Assembly (NCBI GenBank): GCA_020697715.1
Contig: JAEHCO010000002.1
Location: forward strand, 160,001 to 224,000
Source: Methanobacteriota archaeon
GTDB lineage: Archaea > Thermoplasmatota > Thermoplasmata > SG8-5 > JAGLSY01
Direction: 5' to 3'
Length of the DNA stretch: 64,000 bases
The stretch's first letter is position 1, and every line of letters starts with the position of its first letter. The translations under genes were made by a program, and so were the position numbers. The notes beneath the pieces were generated by a model. That model worked only from the letters and a program-made list of their open reading frames with translations. It searched no databases and was not told the DNA's origin. Shown in pieces: positions 8,269 to 16,025 of the stretch.

Positions 8269-10590
8269 TTATACAAAGAATTTAGAAAAGGCATCTTCAC
8301 AATCAACAGGACGATTATCTGTTTGATATCTTGACATATCATTCATAAGGGATTTATATTCATCTTCATCTTCAACATAAAGTGCTTCTAATGAACATAG
8401 CCATTCAACAAATTCTGGCATCTGCTTTCCAGAGTATACTTTTTCAAATACAGACCCTCTTAAAACTCCTATCCATTCGCCCTTCCACCGACCATCAACA
8501 ATAGCACAGTGAACATAATTATCGTCCAATTCAAAATCACAACCATTCCAATGTACAATAAATTGTAAAGAATGGCCACCCATTCTTTGTGCCTCGTATG
8601 ATTGAGGGGAGGCTCGGCAAGCTATAAGAATCCACTTACCATTTGATAATGGAATAATGAAGTCTTCTCCTCTAAGAGAGGATCTCCCAACAGGCATGTG
8701 TAAATCTAATGATCCATACAAACCTGCAAGGGGTGCATCAGAACATCTGGATGGTCCCCCAAAGAAGGGTATGTGCTCATCTTCTAAATGGAGTCTTACT
8801 TGTTCTTCAAGTATGTTTAACTTAATATTACGTTTAATTTGTTGAACTCTTTTATCGATAATTGCCTCGTGCAAATTTTCATTAGTTGGATGAGTCATAT
8901 TCTTTTTTTTCTCAATCATTTTGGCTAAGCCATTTGATATGTATTCTTCAGATTCTGCACTTGCTGGAGCGCCCCTCATGAATGCATGAATTCCAGTTGC
9001 TGCTCTTCCAGTATCAATCTCATTTTCAATTTCTTTTGCTGTCAGTTCACACCAGTAACTAGCTATAATTGCATTTGTCCTAAGTGAGTATGAATTACGT
9101 TCTAAAATAAATGTTTTTAATGCATTTAATCGTTCATCTATATTGGTAATTGTCATTATAGTATTCAAACCACTCACAATTTCTTCTATGTCAATTCCTA
9201 TAAGATCTTGTATATTTGATTCTGATTGATAAGTCCGCTTTAGTAAATCAAAAGGAAGAATTGCCACATCTATATCAACCTCATCAAAATTATAAGTTTT
9301 TCCAAATTTGAATGTATTTTGTTCGATAATAATAATTCCCTCCCTCTCAAGCTGGTCTAACTGATTTTTCAATGAATGATATCTGAATTTGAAAGCAGGC
9401 ATATAATACTCTATCTTAGAAATTAGTGAATTTCGAGTTCTTGATTCTTTGATATCTTCCTTAATTTTATCCAATAGTTCTTCAGGTTCCAGAATGAATG
9501 AATCTTCAAAACTTATAAAAATCGTCTCTTGCTGTGGACTCTTAATTGTTCTTTCATAGAATAATTCATATATGAATTCTTTGTAAATATTAATAACCAG
9601 TCTGTTCCCATTAGAGTCTGGAGGGCAGGTTCTATCTAATACTGGCAATAGCATTTCAGAATGGTTGATCAAGTTGTCATCCTCTATAACTAAAATTTTT
9701 GATGATTCTAATCGTTCTATTATTTCATCCGCTAAGGTTTCTGTATAAAAATGCCTCTCATTTTGGTAAAAATCAGAGCAAAGTTCCCTAAATTTTATAC
9801 CTGTAACTTCGTTATTAAAAAGAAGTAGTGTATATAGTAAGAAAATAAGTATACCTTCTTTGTGATTATGTTCATTAATATCATCAATACTTCCATTAAT
9901 CGGACTCACAGGATAATTTAAAATTTCTTCTTTAAGTTTTAGAACATAAGGGTTGTTTGTTAGATTCTCTACCTTCAATACGGATTTTATTATCTCAATT
10001 ATGGCTTCTTCTCGAGTTTTTGCATCTGCAATGTTCTTTTTAATATCTCTAAATATATGCTCTACATCTTCTGCAGTATGGGCAGTTAGACGATTATTAG
10101 TTTTGATCTCATTTTCAATATCTGCTGCATTCTTCATCTCGAATTCTGTAATCATAGAATGATTTGAGCCGATAAAATAAACATAATCAAAAATTAGGGT
10201 TGCTGAGGAATATATCCATCCTTTCCAGGTTCTTGCGTCACCCATGATTGCCAATATCGATATTACATCACCATGTGATTTCCATACCTGTGTTACTTGA
10301 TTAACGAGTCCCCAAAAATAAGTGTCTGAATTCTCAGCGGATTTTCTATGGGTTGCCCAAATCACTACTTTTTTATCATCAATTTCTCTTGTGAATTCAA
10401 TATCTGTAATAAAATGAAGAGCAGAATCATCTTCACCCTCTGTCGATAAATCCTGCTGTGACGTCAAATCCTTAATGATTCCTTTTTCTTCAAGAGGCTT
10501 CAGGGCTTCCTCAATGAGATCCTCTATATATCTCCCAACTTTTCCTTGTAAGGCTTGTTGTTGTCTATGTATTCTAACCACACTTCCCAA
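8269..10590 (-). CDS. 773-aa hypothetical protein with probable N- and C-terminal restriction-endonuclease-like folds and central helical/wHTH segments
   Basis: N-term GRYIEDLIEEAL..TDIEF..VVIWAT; C-term LEEQVRLHL..EDFIIP..ILIACRAS..AIVDGRW. TTG start, upstream of and co-oriented with the ArcS-like and QueC-like genes. Confidence 0.55.
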   Translation of the reverse strand: MGSVVRIHRQQQALQGKVGRYIEDLIEEALKPLEEKGIIKDLTSQQDLSTEGEDDSALHFITDIEFTREIDDKKVVIWATHRKSAENSDTYFWGLVNQVTQVWKSHGDVISILAIMGDARTWKGWIYSSATLIFDYVYFIGSNHSMITEFEMKNAADIENEIKTNNRLTAHTAEDVEHIFRDIKKNIADAKTREEAIIEIIKSVLKVENLTNNPYVLKLKEEILNYPVSPINGSIDDINEHNHKEGILIFLLYTLLLFNNEVTGIKFRELCSDFYQNERHFYTETLADEIIERLESSKILVIEDDNLINHSEMLLPVLDRTCPPDSNGNRLVINIYKEFIYELFYERTIKSPQQETIFISFEDSFILEPEELLDKIKEDIKESRTRNSLISKIEYYMPAFKFRYHSLKNQLDQLEREGIIIIEQNTFKFGKTYNFDEVDIDVAILPFDLLKRTYQSESNIQDLIGIDIEEIVSGLNTIMTITNIDERLNALKTFILERNSYSLRTNAIIASYWCELTAKEIENEIDTGRAATGIHAFMRGAPASAESEEYISNGLAKMIEKKKNMTHPTNENLHEAIIDKRVQQIKRNIKLNILEEQVRLHLEDEHIPFFGGPSRCSDAPLAGLYGSLDLHMPVGRSSLRGEDFIIPLSNGKWILIACRASPQSYEAQRMGGHSLQFIVHWNGCDFELDDNYVHCAIVDGRWKGEWIGVLRGSVFEKVYSGKQMPEFVEWLCSLEALYVEDEDEYKSLMNDMSRYQTDNRPVDCEDAFSKFFV

Positions 10591-10679
10591 AGGTGAAATT
10601 TATTTATAAAAAGTCGTTAAATATAAATTCAATTTGTTAAAATATTTCTTAACAAAGGTAAAAATATTTTATATCTATA

Positions 10680-10961
10680 TTGGGCTTTGTGAAAAGCATA
10701 CTAGAGAAAATAAAAGCATTAGGGTCAGAAACTTCTTTTAACATTATTAAAATACTTGATGAGAATGAAATGACTGCAAAGGAAGTTTTCGACATATATA
10801 ATTCAAAATTCCAGCCTACTAAGCGAAGAGAAACCATTTATATAGCTCTAGAAAAACTTGTTGATGCAGAAATTCTTAAAAAAACATATAATAATAAAGA
10901 TAAACGAGTTAAGTATTCACTAAATAATGATGATCTTAATATTAATTTCAAGGATCTGTAG
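10680..10961 (+). CDS. winged-helix (ArsR-like) transcription regulator
   Basis: IKALGSETSFNIIKIL..MTAKEV..RETIYIALEKLVDAEIL..VKYSL. Confidence 0.75.
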   Translation: MGFVKSILEKIKALGSETSFNIIKILDENEMTAKEVFDIYNSKFQPTKRRETIYIALEKLVDAEILKKTYNNKDKRVKYSLNNDDLNINFKDL

Positions 10962-10963
10962 GA

Positions 10964-12094
10964 GTGTTGAATAGATTGGATTTTGTGCCTGCGTATGGTG
11001 GACGATTTAAAAAAGAGAAACATTGGTATAATCAAAGGTATTGGTTAGAGGATATATGCAATGATGTTCTTGTAAGTGCGTATTACACTATGCAAGTTCC
11101 AGAGATGAAACTTGTATCCTATCTTGAATTAAAAAAGGAGAATAGATTGTTTGTAGATAGTGGTGGATTTACTGAGCTTACTAAGGGGATGGGGAATTAT
11201 TTTGATCAGCCAGATACGGTTATGAAGAACCTCGATAAAATAAAGAAAGAATATGAAAAGAAACAAATATCAATATTGAAATATCAAGAACAACAGAATG
11301 CAGATGTAGCATTTACACTAGACATTCCTCTACTTCCAAAACTGGATATTAAATTGAAGAAAAAATTGATTGAAATCACAAAAAACAATGCAAAAATTGC
11401 CTTTGATAATAGAAAAAATAAAAATGTTAAGCTATATCCAGTTGTTCAAAGCTGGTCATTTGAAACCGCAAAAGATCTTGCATCATATTATCAGAATCTT
11501 GAGATTGATGGGATGGGAGTTGGAGGTTTAGTGCCTTATTCTTCTAATTTAAAAAAAAGATTAGAAATCTTAATTGGAGTTAGATCAGAAACAACGTTGC
11601 CAATACATGCATTAGGAACTACTGGCATTCCTCATTTATACGCTTTAGCAGCCATTAATATTAATAGTGTTGATAGTAAAACATACGCAGATTATAGCCG
11701 ATTTCGTCATTTTATAAACCCACAAACCAATAAGCGATGCTGTGTTGGATTAAATGTAAAAACTGAGAAAAAATATAGATTCGAGAAATTGCCATGCAAT
11801 TGTCAAATATGCCAATGGATTAAAGATAATAAAAAAGAATTAGGTATTAAGTTTGAAAGTGATTATTATGCAAAATCAGATAGTGCTGCTTCTTCTAAAT
11901 TGGCGTTGCACAATCTAATGGTGATTATAGATGAAGTGAATGAAATTAATGAAGCTATTAAGATTAATAATTTTGACCAATTAGTTGAAAGAAAGCGTAG
12001 TGTGAATAGAAGTATAGACCGAGCCATAAGAACATTAGAAAAGCTATTGATTGAAAAGCCAAAATTCAAGAAAATAATTGATATAAATCTTTGA
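10964..12094 (+). CDS. TGT-family transglycosylase (DpdA-like paralog without a PUA domain)
   Basis: LFVDSGGF, FTLDIP, PVVQ, GVGGLVP, IHALG, SVDS and zinc site PCNCQIC..H. 376 aa, lacking the arcTGT C-terminal domains. Confidence 0.88.
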   Translation: MLNRLDFVPAYGGRFKKEKHWYNQRYWLEDICNDVLVSAYYTMQVPEMKLVSYLELKKENRLFVDSGGFTELTKGMGNYFDQPDTVMKNLDKIKKEYEKKQISILKYQEQQNADVAFTLDIPLLPKLDIKLKKKLIEITKNNAKIAFDNRKNKNVKLYPVVQSWSFETAKDLASYYQNLEIDGMGVGGLVPYSSNLKKRLEILIGVRSETTLPIHALGTTGIPHLYALAAININSVDSKTYADYSRFRHFINPQTNKRCCVGLNVKTEKKYRFEKLPCNCQICQWIKDNKKELGIKFESDYYAKSDSAASSKLALHNLMVIIDEVNEINEAIKINNFDQLVERKRSVNRSIDRAIRTLEKLLIEKPKFKKIIDINL

Positions 12095-12164
12095 GCAAAT
12101 AGTTTCACTTACCCCCTATCAAGTTTTAAATATATATATACTAATAGAGCTATTGGGTTGAACA

Positions 12165-13028
12165 ATGCCAGATAATACAAATAATACTAAAGAAGCATCA
12201 AAGCTAACAAAGGAAGAATGGCGTGAGTACACACAAAATGTTTGGTCCATTATGAATATAAGCCACGAGAACCACCCTGCTGTATTTAACCCCGAAATAC
12301 CACATAGATTAATAAAAATGTTTTCATTTGTTGGAGAAACTGTTTTGGATCCATTTGCGGGCACAGGCACAACAATGATTGTTTCCAGAAAATTGAACAG
12401 AAATTCAATTGGAATAGAATTAAACAAAGAATATTGTAAAATGATTGAAGAAGAACTGCAACAAAAATCTCTATCTGCTTTTGAATCAAATAATATAACT
12501 TCGCATGATATTATTAATGCTGACAGTCTAGAATATTTAAAGCAAATTGAAGAAAAATCAATTGACTTAATTACCACAAGCCCTCCCTACTGGAATAAAG
12601 CCCAATACAGTGAGAACAGCAATGACCTAGGCAACATTGATGAATATGAACAATTTATAGATTCAATGCATGTTTTTTTTGAAGAATGTCTCAGGATTTT
12701 AAAACCAGGGCGACGACTATGCATAGTAACTGCAAATGTTCATCAAGATACAGAATATGGCCTCCAGCGATTTCCTCTAGCAAGTGATTATAATGTTCTT
12801 GCTCGCAAAATTGGATTTTTATTAGTTGGCGAGGTAATATGGTCAAAAGCAAATACTGGCGGAAAATGGGGTTCTTATGGTGCCCAACGACCTATTTTTG
12901 GTAGCTACCCTTATCCACCTAATTTCTGCTTCAAAGACTTACATGAATACATTCTAATATATAGAAAAAAACCAAATACAAAAAAAAGGATGAAAAAACC
13001 AAATACAAAAAAAGAAAAAAAGGGATGA
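12165..13028 (+). CDS. N4-cytosine/N6-adenine DNA methyltransferase with permuted motif order
   Basis: HPAVF, VLDPFAGTGTT (motif I) and GIEL come before TSPPYW (motif IV), LKPG and HEYILIYRK. Confidence 0.9.
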   Translation: MPDNTNNTKEASKLTKEEWREYTQNVWSIMNISHENHPAVFNPEIPHRLIKMFSFVGETVLDPFAGTGTTMIVSRKLNRNSIGIELNKEYCKMIEEELQQKSLSAFESNNITSHDIINADSLEYLKQIEEKSIDLITTSPPYWNKAQYSENSNDLGNIDEYEQFIDSMHVFFEECLRILKPGRRLCIVTANVHQDTEYGLQRFPLASDYNVLARKIGFLLVGEVIWSKANTGGKWGSYGAQRPIFGSYPYPPNFCFKDLHEYILIYRKKPNTKKRMKKPNTKKEKKG

Positions 13029-13130
13029 ATTCGCAATAAGATTATCCAATTATCATCCTACTAGGAATTAGCCAGTCAATTTTCTGGTAAAGTTGGGCGA
13101 GCCCCTATTCCCAACAGCCTCTAAACTGTT

Positions 13131-14231
13131 TCAAAGCATCAGCTCCAAATCATCCCTTGGATCACTAATCATCTTTTGATGATACTTAACCAAATTATCC
13201 TTCACGGCTACATTTTTAGTCTTATGTACCTGGTTAGAGACCTTGATTCGGTGGTTTTTGTCAATATGGAGTAAATTTTGGTCAACCGCTCCGTGGTGAA
13301 TCTTACATAGGGAAAGTCCGTTTGCTGGGTTAAGTCTGTTGTCCAGGTCCTTATTCCAAGGGTGAATATGGTGAGCATCTAGTAAGCTTTCCAAATTGAA
13401 TTGGCAAACACAACATTGGTATTCAAAAAACCAAAGTACTCGTTTTCTGAATTGATTTTGGCCTACACGTACCTTTTGTGGGGACCATGTGTTTTCGACT
13501 CGATAGTTTCTTTGAACATCTACCTGTTCGATTACCTCTTCTAAGTATGAGTAATCTTCTGGATTATCGAATAGCTTCCTGTAGGTTCCTTGATTGTCTA
13601 CGAATTCAATATATCCATCATCTCGAAGGAACTGTAGCTGCTGACGGATCTTTGGTTTGATGTTACTGTTATTTGGAAATTTCTTTTCCAGAACTGGTTG
13701 AAAAATGTTAATATCATTTAGGGAGAATTGGGATGAAGGAATCTCTCGGACTAACTTTAAAACTTCTTCTTTCCAGGAATATTTGATCTCCTCAAAGGGA
13801 TTTTCCGGTTCGACAAATGAGATATAATAGGTGTCCGGTTTACCTGACAATTTCTCAAATCTGAGTTGTGGGCGCATTGTATCTTGGAGTTTCACACTAT
13901 CAGAAAAAAGGTCGAAATGGATTGGAAACAATTTTGTCAGTATTCTTTCAAGATCAGTGTACCAGAAAAGGCGTGATTCTTCAGAAACTGGCTTCCCTTG
14001 ATAACTACGAGGATTTCCAAGTTCTAATCGAGCTTTGAATTGTGATTGATTATAGACAAGTGTAACTTCTTTTTTGGTACCAAGGTTCATTGAGTCAATA
14101 CCGAAATAGTTACGAACCTCTTTTGGAATACCAGTACCTCTATGAGTGAATGCAGATTTATCTAGGGTTTTTATCGCAACCTCTTTTGAGGGTAAGTTCC
14201 ATGAATAATATGAGGGCATGTTAATACTCAT
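13131..14231 (-). CDS. HNH endonuclease with DpnI-type winged-helix domain (probable type IV restriction enzyme)
   Basis: FPNNSNIKPKIRQQLQFLRDDGYIEF (Dam-replacing/DpnI wH); RVGQNQFR..CCVC..LDAHHI..NGLSLCKIHH (HNH). Confidence 0.85.
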   Translation of the reverse strand: MSINMPSYYSWNLPSKEVAIKTLDKSAFTHRGTGIPKEVRNYFGIDSMNLGTKKEVTLVYNQSQFKARLELGNPRSYQGKPVSEESRLFWYTDLERILTKLFPIHFDLFSDSVKLQDTMRPQLRFEKLSGKPDTYYISFVEPENPFEEIKYSWKEEVLKLVREIPSSQFSLNDINIFQPVLEKKFPNNSNIKPKIRQQLQFLRDDGYIEFVDNQGTYRKLFDNPEDYSYLEEVIEQVDVQRNYRVENTWSPQKVRVGQNQFRKRVLWFFEYQCCVCQFNLESLLDAHHIHPWNKDLDNRLNPANGLSLCKIHHGAVDQNLLHIDKNHRIKVSNQVHKTKNVAVKDNLVKYHQKMISDPRDDLELML

Positions 14232-14364
14232 GTGTCATATTATCCGTTAATATATGAACCTTTTGAAAAAAAGGAAAAGTGAGGGTGAGCTCCATATCCA
14301 ACTCTCTATCCCTCGCAGATCACAACCTTTAAGATCCCTCGCCCTTTTTTGATCTCCCGTAACC

Positions 14365-14838
14365 ATGGCTTCCAAAGATTCCTACACAATAACATTGAAG
14401 AACAATACCACTGAAAAAGAGGGTATCCAGTACCTGAGAGATCAGAACAAGAGATTTGTTCTTCCAGACCTTGAAAAGCGCAAGGAAATTCTCAAAGCCT
14501 TTGATCTTCCCAACAGGTATTCCAGAACCTTCGACATGGTTTATATCGAGCATCCGGTTGAGGATGATACTGACTTCGATGTGGACATTAAAAATATTGT
14601 TTTGGTCGAACTAAAAACTACTAAAGCCAGGCTGGAAAACAATCCATATGGCTTCTTTTTTGGAGCAACGGAGAATGAGTTTCAATTAGCAAGGAGGCTT
14701 GGAGATCAATATAAGTTTTGTTTTGTATGTTTGCATCCTGAAACCGAATCATATAAGTTGCTGACTCTAGAGGAATTGGAAGATTTGATTAAAAATAAGC
14801 GAACCCAGTATCAGATTAATTTGAAAAATTTGGAATGA
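14365..14838 (+). CDS. PD-(D/E)XK nuclease, DUF3883-like
   Basis: FDMV..LVELKTT..ATENEFQLA..YKFCFV. Confidence 0.65.
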   Translation: MASKDSYTITLKNNTTEKEGIQYLRDQNKRFVLPDLEKRKEILKAFDLPNRYSRTFDMVYIEHPVEDDTDFDVDIKNIVLVELKTTKARLENNPYGFFFGATENEFQLARRLGDQYKFCFVCLHPETESYKLLTLEELEDLIKNKRTQYQINLKNLE

Positions 14839-15463
14839 TTTTACCTTCCACCCTCATCTTCTTCTCCCCATCATCATCCCACACCGTCACATACTGGACC
14901 ACGATGCCCTTTGGTATCTCGAGCCCTTTGAAATAATCCATTTCCCTCTCCCTTGTATTGCTGAACAATAGGAAATACTTCAACGGGGCTTCCGAGGCCT
15001 GACTCAGCTTGAACAGATCATATTTCACCTCATGGTGGAAAGCCTTGCTGTGAGTGGTGATGTACTTGAACTCCATTGCCGCGATAAGATTGTTTGTGTC
15101 TGTATCTGTATCCGACTTCTTTATCGAATATCTAATGTTTTTGTTGGTCACGGATATGTATTTATTGGCCTTTATGAACTCGGGATCTAAGATCGCCATG
15201 TCGTACTTTGATCGACTGCCCTTTGGATTGAGCTTGATTTGTTTTCGATTGAATCGGGCAATCGTGGGATATTCGGGCTTCAGGATATTGGTCTTCTTGC
15301 CGTCCAGGGTTGTGAACTGCTCTGTGAATTCCTTCTGTTTGTAAAATCTGTGATAACAATATTGATGAAATTCGTGTTCATTGAAGAAATTCTGGGGCTT
15401 GCGATGGAACTGGTTGGTTATTGATTTGATGGTTTCTTCTATTAGTTTTTGGTAGTTTGGCAT
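14816..15463 (-). CDS. PD-(D/E)XK-fold nuclease-like protein
   Basis: NEHEFH..PEYPT..YDMAILD..AMEFKY..DLFKL. Confidence 0.65.
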   Translation of the reverse strand: MPNYQKLIEETIKSITNQFHRKPQNFFNEHEFHQYCYHRFYKQKEFTEQFTTLDGKKTNILKPEYPTIARFNRKQIKLNPKGSRSKYDMAILDPEFIKANKYISVTNKNIRYSIKKSDTDTDTNNLIAAMEFKYITTHSKAFHHEVKYDLFKLSQASEAPLKYFLLFSNTREREMDYFKGLEIPKGIVVQYVTVWDDDGEKKMRVEGKIIPNFSN

Positions 15464-15483
15464 GAATATTTCCTCAGTATATT

Positions 15484-15957
15484 TCAGTCCTCATTCACCT
15501 CTATTCTGCCTTCCTTTATCAATCGATTTAACAGTCTTTCATCAATGATATGTGTTTTAACAAGAGCCATGGCCTTCTCAAAACCTTGAATAAGATAAAT
15601 AACTCCGATAATTGCTTCAAATGCTTCCGTGATGGTTTTGTCTTCACCTTCATCTCTAGGAATATTTGGGCCAATCAGCATCTTATCCAGTTCAAATTTC
15701 CTGGCTTTCTCAGCTAAATATGCCTTTGATTCCATACCACTACATATCTTAGTTAATTTTCCAGTTTCATCAGTAGGGTTATTATGATAATAATACTCCC
15801 TGATTGCCAGACTAATTACTCTGTCTCCAAGGAATGCCAGACGCTTATTATTGCTGTCCGTATCATTGTATTTGTGCTTTAAAGCTTCAGCGAATCGTGG
15901 ATCATAATATGATATATCGAATTTCTCATCAAGAAACGTTTTAATTTTATCTTCCAT
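15484..15957 (-). CDS. rnc: RNase III catalytic-domain protein without dsRBD
   Basis: ALKH..NKRLAFLGDRVISL..EAFEAIIGVIYL signature. Confidence 0.8.
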   Translation of the reverse strand: MEDKIKTFLDEKFDISYYDPRFAEALKHKYNDTDSNNKRLAFLGDRVISLAIREYYYHNNPTDETGKLTKICSGMESKAYLAEKARKFELDKMLIGPNIPRDEGEDKTITEAFEAIIGVIYLIQGFEKAMALVKTHIIDERLLNRLIKEGRIEVNED

Positions 15958-16025
15958 CTTCTCTCTCCTCTGCCCAAATCAATATTGGGCTATTTGATTG
16001 TTTGCGAACATCTCGATAAACATGA

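Noticed and set aside
10964-12094. Housekeeping archaeosine tRNA-guanine transglycosylase (tgtA)
   Set aside because: Lacks the C-terminal/PUA domains and lies in an AT-rich island with an MTase and nucleases; not formally excluded without a phylogeny
5911-15957. Canonical dpd island, type IV CBASS or QatABCD
   Set aside because: No recognisable DpdB/C, helicases, CD-NTase, P-loop ATPase or TatD
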